A stretch of 64,000 nucleotides of DNA, from assembly GCA_004431415.1 (NCBI GenBank), contig QPMI01000556.1, positions 14,994 through 78,993 of the forward strand, in the 5' to 3' direction. This stretch comes from Cyanophora paradoxa CCMP329 (taxonomy: Eukaryota; Plantae; Glaucophyta). This document shows, piece after piece, positions 11,082 through 22,600 of this stretch. Below the pieces are notes generated by a model. That model was not told the origin of the DNA. It searched no databases and saw only the letters and a program-made list of their open reading frames with translations. The translations under genes were made by a program, and so were the position numbers. Numbering within the stretch: position 1 is the first letter of the stretch; every line of letters begins with the position of its first letter.

Positions 11082-13365
11082 CTAGACGTCGGGCCAGGCG
11101 GAGAACTCGGCGGAGAACTGGAAGTGCTGGGCCAGCTGGGCCCCCGCGTCGACGTCGAGGGGCGAGGGCGGAAGGTGCGACGTGGGCGGCGAGGGCGGGG
11201 CGGGCGTGCCGCGGTTCGTCGCGTCGCCCAGGGGGAACAAGCCCAGGGCAGGGCGGGCGGTCTTGGGGCTCTTGGCGGTGCCGGCGCGGGCCCAGGGGCC
11301 CCCCGGGGCCTGCTCGACCTTCCATGCGAGGGCGGTCATGGCCATGGCCTCCTCGTCGAGCCCCGCCGGCACCGCCGCCTGCATCACCGTCGGCGGCATG
11401 CTGTTCTCGTCGTTCTCCACCCGCCCCGCCTCCGTCCCCTGCCCCTGCTCCGCCCCCCGCTTCTTCCGCCCCTGCGCCGGGATGCGCGCCTGCGGGGCGG
11501 GGTCGGCACGCGCGGGCGCCGGGCCGGGCGAAGCGCGCGGCGCACGCGCACCCCGCCGCCGAGGCCCTCGAGGCGGCCGGCGCCGGCGTGCTCGAGGAGG
11601 AGTAGGGGCTGGCGGAGAGGCCGGTGAAGCTCACTAGGCGGGGCGGGCTGAGGCGCGGCGAGGCCAAGGGGGCGGGGCCGAGGACGAGGCAGGCCGCCGG
11701 CGAGGCGGCGACGGCGGGGCCGACGCCCGGACCGGCGCCGCGGAGCGAGGTCGGGGCCGGCGAGGAGGCGAAAGCGGAGCCGGCGCCCGGACCGGCGACG
11801 CTGGAGGAACGGTCGCGGGGCACGCGCGGCGGCGGCATCGAGCGCCCAAAGGGGTCCTGCGGCGGCGCGGCGCCCGTGAGGGGCCGGGAGGCGAGGGGCG
11901 CCGGCGCCGCGCCGGCGCACCTCGCCGCGGGGCGTCTCGAGGTCGCTCTCGCTGTCGCCGGAGCTATCGGTCAGAGCCGACTCGGTCACAGTGATCTGCC
12001 CGCAGGCCCGGCCGCGCCCGCCGTTAGCGACCACCGGCGAGCCGGCGGGGCGGCCGGGCGGTCGCGGTGCGGACCTTCTTCCTGGCCTCGCGGTTCGTGT
12101 AGACGAAGCCGCGGCTGCCGGGCGTGGTGAGGCGCCGCACGCTGGGCGTCCCCGCCGGCAGCTGCTCGGCGATCTCCATCGCCGCCCCGAGGTGCTCCTT
12201 CACCGCGGTGGTGGGGTCCGCGGCCTCCTCCAGCGGCGCCCGCGCGCGGCTCGTCGGGCGGCCCCGGCGCGGGGCCGTCCCGGTGGAAGGCGCCGGCGTC
12301 GACGACGACGCGCCCGCCGGCGAGGGGCGCGGGCTCGCCGCTGGTGTCGCCGGCGTCAGCGCCTGTGCCTTCACTTTGAAGAGCGCGGTCTTCCACTTCT
12401 GCAGGCGGGCTCAGAGCGGGCGGGCCCGGCGCGCTTCCTGCCAGCGGGGCCCTGCTCACGGTGGCAGAGATGGCGGTGCGGTCGTCGCTGCTGAGGTTGC
12501 CCCCGAGATTGCGCAGATCTGCAAAGCAGTGATCAGCATTGCGCCCCGATGGTTGGCCACGGGCGCACTGGTTTTGACGGCGATGGTGAGCTCTTTCGTC
12601 TGATCTCCGACGCTGATTGAGATGCTTGCAGTCGACTGCGCTCGCTGGGACTTGAACACAATGTAGTTCGGCGCTGTCAATGTTGCACTATGGCTTCGTT
12701 CGTCCTCTGGATCCTTCAAGCTGCGACGGAGGCGTGGTCAGGTGGCGCCCGTCGCGTCCGAGGTCGCCGGAAAACTCAGACCCGCAGTTGCCGGTCCAAG
12801 CAGTGGCGTCCGATTTCGAGTCCTTGTACAAGAAGGCGACTCCATGGGTGCGGAGTGTAATCGCGCCTCCCCCGATGCCATTGAAAATGATCTGCAGCAA
12901 AACAGTCGAGTCGAAGGCGAGTCAGCGTCTGTGTGTCTCCCTAACATAGTTCTAGGTGCCAAAGAGTCGCTTTCCGGCATTCAGATCTAGAGCGCGGGGC
13001 GCGCTGAACGCGGCAGTCCGCGTTCGGACGTGCGCACGAAAACGTTGGTCCCGGCAGGAACCTCCGCATGCCCGTTCGAGATACTGTACGCGTGAATGGA
13101 ATAGGCCTGGAGTCCGTCCTGCGCGCAATTGCTAAGTCGGACGAAGGGACCGTTCCAGTGAGTCCAAGCGAGCCCGAGGGCGCACGCTGTTGTCTGGACT
13201 GATCGTGAAAACTTTCAGTAGATGCTGGTGCGACTCTCCGCCGATGCGCAGCGCGCCATCCCAAGAGCTCAGGCAAGCGGAAGCTACGACGGAACCCGTC
13301 GAATTGCTCTCCTCGTCTTCGAAATAAGAGACCTTCACGCGCTTGCCCTTGCTCTTGGGCGGCAT
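11082..13365 (-). CDS. Hypothetical multi-exon protein, no recognised domain
   Basis: Coding-like segments MPPKSKGKRVKVSYFEDEE..., QIIFNGIGGGAITLRTHG..., AVKEHLGAAMEIAEQLP..., ...FSAEFSAWPDV*, separated by short intron-like tracts; boundaries tentative. Confidence 0.45.
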
Positions 13366-13675
13366 CGTGCCGACCGCGGCCCGCCGCTGCTTGGGGTTCA
13401 CCCGAACTGCAAGGGGGAGGGAGTACCCGGCGCCGGCAAGGGGGAGTACGCAGAGTTGTTTTTTGTTTTTTTAGCGTCACAGAGCCCGCTGCGCCGCGTC
13501 CCGGCGCCGCACGTAGTCGCGCGCAGTGTGCGCATGCTTGCAATTGTGCGCACGCCGGCCCTACGACAGGTGTCCCTCCCCGGCCGAGGTATGTGCGCCT
13601 TACCACCGCACTAACCGGCATCGTTCGACCGGCTGCGCAATCGCGGTCATCATTCTTCTCGCTATATCTCCGCTC

Positions 13676-16637
13676 ATGTCGGCCTTTGCAGCTGCGAGCA
13701 TCCCGCTGCGCCCCGCGATCCGTGCCGTTGCAACGAGCATTCACACCAGATCTAGACAGGCGGCGCCGTCCGTCAGCCTCGCGGCCAGAACGGCGGCGCC
13801 GACCGTCGGACTCGGCGCCTCGTCGTTCGCCGGGACTCCGCTCTTCTTCACCGATGTTCCTGCAGCTGTCGACGTCCTCGGGAACGTCGACGTCGCGGGC
13901 GGCAAGCAGCCGCCTCGCTGCATTGCCGGCAAGAGGAAGTCCGCCGGGACGAGCGCCCGCCGGGAGGTTCACGGTTTTTCACGCAAGACTTCTGCCGGCG
14001 CCGGAAATCCCCCCGAGTCTGGGCCCGAGAAGCTCAAGCCGCCGGAGAAGGTCCGGCCGCTTTCCTCTCCGCGAGTCCCCTCGCGCTTACCGGGGGCCGG
14101 GCGGCGCAGGCTCCGGGAGAGAAGAAGTGCGGGGGCGGGCGCGTGCGGGCGGACCTGGGCCTGCGGGCCCTGGCCGACGAGTGGCGCCCGCTCCTCTCCT
14201 CCACCAAAGACCTCAAGAATGACGCCCAGGCACGTGCCGCGCGCTTACCAGGGGCCGACGGCCGCTGAGTCGCGCCCAGGCCGGCCTCATCACGGCCTGC
14301 GTCTCCGTGCCCCTCTCCCTCGCCATCGGTGCGCCGGCCGAGTCGCCTGTGCGTGCGAGGCCGCCGTGACGCGGGCGGGGCGCGCGCGGGCGGCAGCGGT
14401 CGGCTCGGGCCTGCCGCCGGAGGTCGGCCTCGTCACCGCCGTCGTCGGATCCTTCGTCGCCGCCGCCGCCGGCGCGCCCCGCCCGCCCCGCCGGCCCGGC
14501 GGCGGCTGACCCCGCGCAGGGGGACGCCGCTGGCGGTGAGCGGCCCGGCGGCGGCGATCGTGGCGACGTGCGCGGCGTGCGCGGCGGAGTTCGGCCCCGC
14601 CGGCGTCGCCCTCGTCGCCGCCGCCTGCGGCCTCCTGCAGGCACGCCGGCCCCCGCGCGCCCCGGCCGCCCCGGGCCCCCGCGTGGCTGAGGCCGCGGCG
14701 TCAGGTGCTCAGCGGGGCGCTCTCGCTGGGGGCGGCGGCGCGGCGCGTGCCGGTGCCGGTCGTGGCCGGCTTCACGTCGGGGATCGGCCTCACCGTGCTC
14801 CTCCAGCAGCTCCCCGCCGCCCTCTCCCTCCCGCGCCCCCCGGGCTCGCACCCCCCCGAGGTCCTCGCCCACCTCCTCGCCAACCTCCCCGCCGCCGACC
14901 CCGCCTCCCTCGCCCTCGCCTCCGCCGTCCGCCCCCGCCCCGCCCCGCCCCCCCCCCCCCCCCCGCCTCACGCCCGTGCAGACGCTGGCGCTCATCTTCG
15001 CGCTCCCGAGGCTGGAGCTGCCCGTGCTCTCGCGGCTCCCTCGACCCTCGTCGCCGTCGCCGCCGCCTCTGCCGCCGCCTCGGCCCTCGCCCTCGACGTG
15101 CCCCGCCTCGGCGCCATCCCCTCGAGCCTCCCCGCCCCGGGCCTCCCCGACATCTCCTTCCTCGCCCCTCGGACCTGCCGGCCCTGGCGGGGTACGCCCT
15201 CGCCATCTTCGGGATCGCCTCCGTCGAATCGCTGCTCTCCTCGGCCGCCGTCGACAAGCTCTCCCGCGGCCGCTCCCGCCGGCACGACCCCGACCAGGAG
15301 CTCATCGGGCAGGGCCTCGCCAACGCTGCGGCGGCGCTCTTCGGCGGCATGCCCGTCTCCTCCGTCGTCGTCCGCTCCTCCCTCAACATCCAGTCGGGCG
15401 CCGTCACGCGCCGCGCCGGCGTGCTCCAGAGCGCCGCCCTCCTCGCCGCGGTCTGCGCGCTGGGACCGGCCATGGCGGAGATCCCCGTGCCCGTCCTCGC
15501 CGGCGTCCTCCTCTCGGTCGCCCTGCGCATGCTCTCCCCCCACGAGATCCGGGAGATCTGGCGGGCGCACCGCCCCGAGGCCCTCCCCTGGCTCCTCACC
15601 GCCGCCCTCGTCGCCGGCGCCGACGTGATCGTCGGCGTCGCCGCCGGCGTCGCCGCCGCCGTCGCCCTCGCCGCCGCCGGCGGGCGCGGGGCGCCCCTCG
15701 CCGTCGAGACCCGCCTCGGCGTCGAGTTCGCGAGCCTCTTCCCCGCCCCGCCGCCGCCGGCACCCCGCTCCCCACCACCACCAAGTCCGCCGCCTCCCCC
15801 GCCGCCGCCGCCGCCGCCGCCTCCCCCGCCGCCGCCGCCGCCTCTGTTTTCGCCGAGAGCTCCGCCGCGAGCGTCCGGGAGGCCGTCGCGGCCGCGCGGG
15901 GCCCGAGGCCGAGGGCGAGGGCGAGGGCGGCCGCGCGACGCCGGGGCCGGGGACGCCGGCCCTCAAGCCCGCCGACCTCTGCGACGTCGTCCGCGTGCGC
16001 CCCGCCCTCCCGCCCGATCCCGAGCCCGCCCGCCCCGCCCCGCCCCGCCCCGGGTCTGACGCCCGGGGGGCAGCTGGAGGGTGCGGCGACGTTCGCCTCG
16101 GGGGCGGCCCTGGCGCGCCTGCTCGAGGAGCTCGCCGCCGCCCTCCCGGAGCCCGGCGCCGGGGCCGCCGCCGCCGCCGGGGCCGCCTCCTCGCGCCCCG
16201 CCCTCTTCGACCTCTCCGCCCTCGCCGCCCTCGACATCACCGGCGCCGAGCTGTGCGCCGCCCCGCCCCGCCCCCACCGCTCCCAGAGCCGCTCGGCCCG
16301 GCCCGAGCCAAACCGGCGGGGCGGGGGCAGGATCATCGACGCGGTGGGGACGCTGATCGAGCAGGGGAAGCCGTGCGTGTTCGTGGGGGCGAGCGCGGGG
16401 GCGCGGGCGTTCCTCCTCGCGTGCGACCACGGGCGGCGCGTGCACGCCGTGGCGCACGTCGCCGGCCCCGCCGCCCTCGCCGCCGACCTCCTCCAGCGCC
16501 CCGACCAGATCGAGGTCCGCGCCCGCACCCGCCCGCACGCCCCAGCGCCGCCGTCCCCCGGCGCCGGCCGAGCGGGGCCCGAACGACCGCGGCGCGCGCA
16601 GGGAGTGCTCCTCGACGCCCCCGTCGTCGTCCAGTAG
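13676..16637 (+). CDS. SulP/SLC26-family anion (sulfate/bicarbonate) transporter with STAS-like C-terminus and transit-peptide-like leader, copy 1
   Basis: GLPPEVGLVTAVVG; PLAVSGPAAA; VPVPVVAGFTSGIG; IASVESLLSSAAVDK; HDPDQELIGQGLANAAAALFGGMPVSSVVVRSSLNIQSGA; STAS-like FDLSALAALDITGA; leader MSAFAAASIPLR...SSFAGTP. Confidence 0.88.
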
Positions 16638-19600
16638 CCGCGCATCTGCACCCGCTGCAGCTGCGGCTGCAGCTGGTCCGCGCACGCCGCGGATTCTGTT
16701 TAATTTCGCTTTTCTGTTTTTGCTTTTCTAAGCTAGGCTAGTGCACTTCAGCTTGTACGTCAAGCCCCCGCAGTACATCATGCCGGCGACGCTGCTGCCT
16801 AATCCATGTAAAAACTCAACGTCCGACTCGGTACGAGGGCCGGCCGGCCGGCGCGCTTCAGCGGCGCCGTCCTTCGAATTCGCTGCTAGCGTGGCGCAAG
16901 CGCCGGCGCCGGTGCTGAATTCGAACTCGAGTCGGGGAGGGGTGCGCCCGAGGGGGGTACAGGCGCGATCCGTCGCGCATCTTCGGCAGCGCCAACTTGC
17001 TGGGTGGCCAGTAGAGCCGCGCGCGATGGCGATGCAGCGGCGAGAATGAACGCGGGAGAGGTCAGGTCATCTAGCTAGGGACGCGGACGTGCCATGCATA
17101 GATTCGTCCCCCGGTGCGTATACGGTCTCGATCATTGCAGGGAGAGATCGATGCGAGCAGCCTGTGATCGGCCCCGCAAACAGCGCCGTGCTGGAGCGCT
17201 GCGCGGGGCGGGCGAGTCGGAGGACGCGCGAGACCTCGTCCGCGGCCGGACACCGCTCGCACGCGGTTGTTTGTCTGCTGGACATATCCGGTGCGTGCGA
17301 TCACTTTACGCGCGCCGCCGCCGCCCAGAGCGCGTTTGCCGAAAGGGCACGTCGTGACCTTCCGCGCGCGCGCAGGCTTCTCAGGTCCGTGGCCAGCGAT
17401 GCGGGCTGCGCCGGCCTCGGGAGACTGTTCTAATCAAGCTAGACGCATTCAGCATGCCGCGCGCGCGCGACACTCGCGCGGTCATGCATATGCCGCGCCG
17501 CACTTACCTCGCCGGCGCCGCGCAGCGCTGTGCGAGCGCTACAACGGCGCCGAGTCGTCGATCGAAGGTCGGCGCGCCGCGTTTCGCGTCGAGGGATCCG
17601 AGCTCACGCGCGGGGCCCGCGGCAGAGCTGTGCGACCTTGTGAACAAGGCCTTCTGCAGAGAGATCGAGCTCGTGCAGAAGCACGGCGGCGAGATCGTGA
17701 GCTTCCTCGGCGGTGCGCGCGCGCCCCTCTCCCTCCTTCCGCCCGCCCCGGCCATCCGCCGGCGGCTGACGCGCACGGTACGGCCCCTCGCGCATCTCCC
17801 CCCTTCGCGTGCAGATGGGTGCGGGTCGCGCGTTTTGATTCCTTCCGTGTTGCCACTCCGCTGAAGAGACTGCAGGCTGCTGGTGTACTGGCCCCTGGGC
17901 GAGTCGGCGGAGGAGCAGGAGGGGGGCGGGGCGGCCGAGGGCGGGGCGCGGGGCGCCAGGGCGGAGGGCGGCCTCTCGGGGGCGGCGGCGGCGGAGATGG
18001 CGCGGCGGGCGGCGCAGGCCGTCTCCTGCGCCATCGAGGCGAGCGGGGCCCGCCTGCGCTCCCCGCGGCCGGGCCTCGGGCTGACGCGTCAACAGGTGCA
18101 GGAGCTCTTCAGCGCGCTGCGGCTCGGCGAGGGCATGGGCCTTCGTCTCCGCATCGCCATCGCCGCCGGGCCCTACCGCGAGTGCGCCCCGCGCCCGCCC
18201 CGCCCCGCCCCGCCCCGCCCGGCGCGGCCCTCGGAGCCGACGCCGGGGCCTCGCGCGCGCGGGGGGCGCAGGTACTTCTGCGGGATCGGGGAGCGGGGCG
18301 TGCAGGAGGCTGCAGGGGGCGGCGGGGAGGCGGCGGCGGCGCAGCGGCGGGCGGCGTGGGGCGGGAGCGGGGGCGCGGGGGCGCTGGAGGGGCGGAGCGA
18401 GCGGGGGTCGCTGGACGGGGCGGGAGACTTCGCCGGCGTCCTCCTCGACGAGCAGGGCCAGGTCATCCCGGGGTGCGCGGAGCCGCCGCCCCCGCCGCCA
18501 GCGCCGGGCTCCCCTCTAAGGGGCGGGCGGGGGGCAGGCGGATGGTGTACTTCATCACGAGCGGGGCGATCCAGGAGGCGGGGGAGGCGCTGGGGGCCAT
18601 CGCGCCGGGCCAGGTCGCCGTCTGCGACTCGGTCTTCGCCTTCCTGCCCCGCGCCGCCCTCGCCGCCGGCGGGGGCCCCGAGCCCCTCCTCTCCGCCTCC
18701 TCCGACGAGGCCGCCTCCGCCCCCGACGCGGCGTACCCCCCGGCCCTCCCGTTCCCGTACCCCGGCGGCATCTTCTCCGGCGGCGAGGGGCCGCTCGCCG
18801 CGGCGGGCGGGAGCCTGCGGGGCGGGGACGTGACGACGGGCCTGGCGGCGAGCCTGGCGGCCGGGGCCGGGGGCGGGCGGGGCGGGGAGGGGCGGGGGCG
18901 GGGATGGGGAGCATGCCGGTGAGGGTGGCGAGCTTCCGCGACCTGGCCGGGGGCAGCCTCCGCGGGGGCGAGGCGGCGGGGCCGGCGGCGGCAGCAAGCA
19001 CGGCGGCTCGATCTTCGGCTCGATCTTCGGCAGCGGCGGGCCCCTCGGGCGGCGCGGCTCCCTGGGCGCGCCCCCGGCCAAGCGCGGCGCCCGCACGCTC
19101 TCCCTGCCGCTCGGCGGCGGCGCGGAGGCGCGCCGCGGCTCGAACGCGTCGCTCTTCGGGCTGGACTCGGCGGCCTCGGAGAAAGGGGCCGTGGTGCTGG
19201 ACGCCGCCGCCCGCGCCGCCTTCGAGACCTACGTCGCCGTCATGGGCTGGCGCCCCGCCGACGCCTCCCGCGGTGCCCACCCCCCGCACCGTCCCTCCCC
19301 TCTGTCCTTCGAGCCTCGAGCGCGCGCAGGGGGCGCGGTGGCGCCGCTGCGGCCGCACCAGCACCAGCCGCACCGGCGGCCCTTCAACATCGAGACCCCC
19401 GCCCCATCGCCCGTCCCCTTCGACGACGAGTCCGCCCTGCCCCGCCCCGCCCCGATCCGCGCCGCTCTGATGTGGGGGCGGGAGGGCGGAGAGCGCGGAG
19501 GCGCTGGTGGAGGGGATGGGGGAGGAGCAGCGGGCGGCGCTGCTGCTCTACGTGCCCTACGCCGTCCGCGCCCGCGTCGAGCAGCTCGAGCGCCACGGCG

Positions 19601-22600
19601 CCGCCATCGGTGCCGCCTCCCCCGCCCCGCCCCGCCCCGCCCCGCGCCCCTCCCTCTCGAGGCCTCCTAAACCCCCGCCCCGCCTGGCAGACATCGCGCG
19701 GTACATCTCGGAGTTCCGCGCCGTCTCCGTCATGTTCGTGAGCCTCGCCGCCCTCGACACGGCCTTCGGCGTCGTCCAGCACACCGTCCAGGCCCGCCCG
19801 CCCCCGGAGGAACCCTCCCCGCCCCCTCCTCCTGCTCTGAGGCCCCTCCGGACCCGCAGACGCTGCAGGCGGTGCTGTACGCCCACCAGGGCTCCCTCCG
19901 CCAGGTCGTCCTCGACGACAAGGTACCCCCCCCCCCCCCCCCCCCCGGGGCCCCCCGGCTCCCCGTGACGACGACGCGGGGGCGGGGCAGGGCCTGGTGC
20001 TGATCGGTGTCTTCGGGCTCTGGCCGGTGGCCCACGAGGACGACCCCGTCCGCTGCACCGCCTGCGGCGCGCCCCGCCGCCCCCGCCCCAGCCCCCGCCC
20101 CCGCCCCCTACTCGGCCCCTGACAAGCGCCGCAGCGCTGGACGTGGCGGAGGCGATGCGCTCCCAGCGCCTCAAGTCCTCCATCGGGCCCGCCTCTAATT
20201 TCCCGCTTTCCCGCCCCGCCCCGCACGAACGCTGCTGACGCCGGCGCAGCGTCTCAACGGGCCTCGTCTACTCCACCTTCGGTCCGCGACGCCACTCCCC
20301 GCCCCGCACGAGCGGTTCGGCTCCGCCGCGCCGCGCTCCTCCTCACGGGCGCGCAGTGGGGAGCCCGACGCGCTGCGAGTACTCCGTCTTCGGCACCGGT
20401 GCGCCCCCTCCGCTCGCCGCTGGAAGCACTTGGCCCGCCTCGCTGACCCGTCCCCCTCCCGCCCGCTCAGTCGTGAACAAGGCCGGTGAGGCGGCGCCTC
20501 CCGATCCCACCCGCCTCGCCCGCCCCGCCTTGCCCGCCCGCCGCCGACGCCGGCGGCAGCGCGGCTGATGGCGATGGCGGACGGTGGCATCTTAGCTGAC
20601 GAGGCCACCGCCGCCGCCGCGTCCGTCCCGCCCGCCCCGGCAGCCCCGGGCGGCCGCTGAGAGTCTGGTGCGGGGCGGGGCGCAGGGCGCAGCGGGTGCT
20701 GATGGTGCCGGCGGGGGAGGCGGTGCTCAAGGGCATCCCCGAGCCTGTCAAGCTCTTCCAGTGCGGCGTCCTGGGCCTCCTCCGCCCGCCCGCTCCGCCC
20801 CGGCCCTGAGCGGGCGGGGCGGCAGGCCGCGGGGCCTGCGGAAGGCCTCGTGGTGGAGCAGCGAGGACCCCGATGGGAGCGACGAGGAGGAGGCCGCCGC
20901 CGCCTCGCCCGCCGCCGCCCCGCCCGTCTGGCCATCCCCCATGCTCGCCGGCCTCTCCGGCAAGCCCCCCGCCCCCGGCCTCGCCCCGCCCCCGCTCGGC
21001 GGTGCCGGCGGCGGCAGCAACAAGAAGGCTGAGCGCTCCCCGCCCAAGAAGCGGGTCCGCCCCGGCAACTCGCCCCGTGCTCGCGGGGCGCCTCTGAGGG
21101 GGCGGGGCAGCGGGTGCCGATGGTGGGGCGCGACGCCGAGCAGCAGCTCCTCGAGTCGGCTCTCGAGAAGGCCCGCCCGCCCGCCCCCGCCGCCCGCCCC
21201 TCCGATCCGCCTCTGACTTTAATTTGAGCGCAGCTGATGGGGGGCGGGCGGGGGTGGGAGGACGGGGCGGCCTCGGCGCGCTCGGGGCGCTCGGTCGGCT
21301 CGCACGTCTCCGTGGCCGGGGGCGGGGGCGCCCACAGCTCCCTCGTCCTCCTCGAGGGCGAGAGCGGCATGGGTGCGCCGGGGCCCCAAGCGGCGGCGCC
21401 GGCCGCGGCGTCCCAACTCCGTCTGAGGCGCGGGGGGCGGCAGGCAAAAGCGCGCTGCTGCGGGACTTCCGGAGCGCGGCGAAGCAGCGCGGCGCCGCCG
21501 TCGCCGCCAGCGTCTCCCGCTCCCACCACCGCCGCCAGCCGTCCGCCCGCCCCGCCCCGCCCGCCCCGCCCGTCTCTGCCTGAGCGGCACCGGCGGCCAG
21601 GTTCAACGGGTGGCGGCACGTGCTGCACGCGCTCTTCCCCCTCGGGGAGCTGCAGATGGGCCCCTTCCTCGACCGCGACGGCGTCGAGCTCCTCCCCGAG
21701 CTCATGGCCGCCCTCGCCCTCGAGCCCGCGCCCGGCGAGGCGCCCCCGCCCCCGCCCGCCCCCGCCTTCAGCACCTCCCCGCCCTCCCTCGGCAACCTCG
21801 CGATCGCCGCGTTGGCGGCCCCGCCCCCGCCCCGGCCCCGCTCGTCGCCGTGACGGGCGATGGCGACGGGGACCCCGCCCCCGCCCCTCCACGGAGCCGA
21901 CGGCGCTCCGCCTGCGCGAGCGCGACCGCGAGCAGGCGGCGGCGGCGGCCGCCGCCGCCGCGGGGCCGGCCGGGCTGGCGACGGTGGCGCAGGCGGCGGC
22001 GGCGAGGGCGGGGGCGCCCGGGGCGGAGAGCCCGCGGCGGAGGCGGCAGAGCCTGACATGGACGGAGGTGACGCCGGAGCGGGCAGGAGAGGGGCAGGGC
22101 CCGAGCACGAACGCGGCGAGCGCGAGCGGCAGCCGGCGGCCCTCGGGCGTGCCGCGCCAGCTCTCCAACCCCTCCGTCCTCTCCGCCGCCACCCGCAAGC
22201 TCAGCCTCTCCCACGGCGGCGGCGCCGGCCCCGGCGGGCGCCCCGGGGCGGCGCTGGCGGAGCGGACGGGCGAGGCGCGCTCGATGGGCCTGCGGGCGCT
22301 CATCGTGCGGCTCGTCCTCCGGCGCGCCGCCCTCGGGCCCGTCGTCCTCATCTTCGACGGCGCGCCCCGCCCGCCCGCCCCGCCCGCTCGCCCGCCCCGC
22401 CGTCCCGTAACCAGCGGCGCACGCAGACCTGCACTGGGGGGACTCGCAGACGTGGCTGACGCTGCAGGACCTCGTGGGCGAGCTGGAGGAGGCCGACGCC
22501 GCGCGGCTCCTCCTCGTGGCCGCCCTGCGGCCCCCGCAGGCCCTCTCCGTCGCCGGCCGCGCCCTCCAGCGCCTCCGCCGCAAGCGCGCCGCCACGACGC

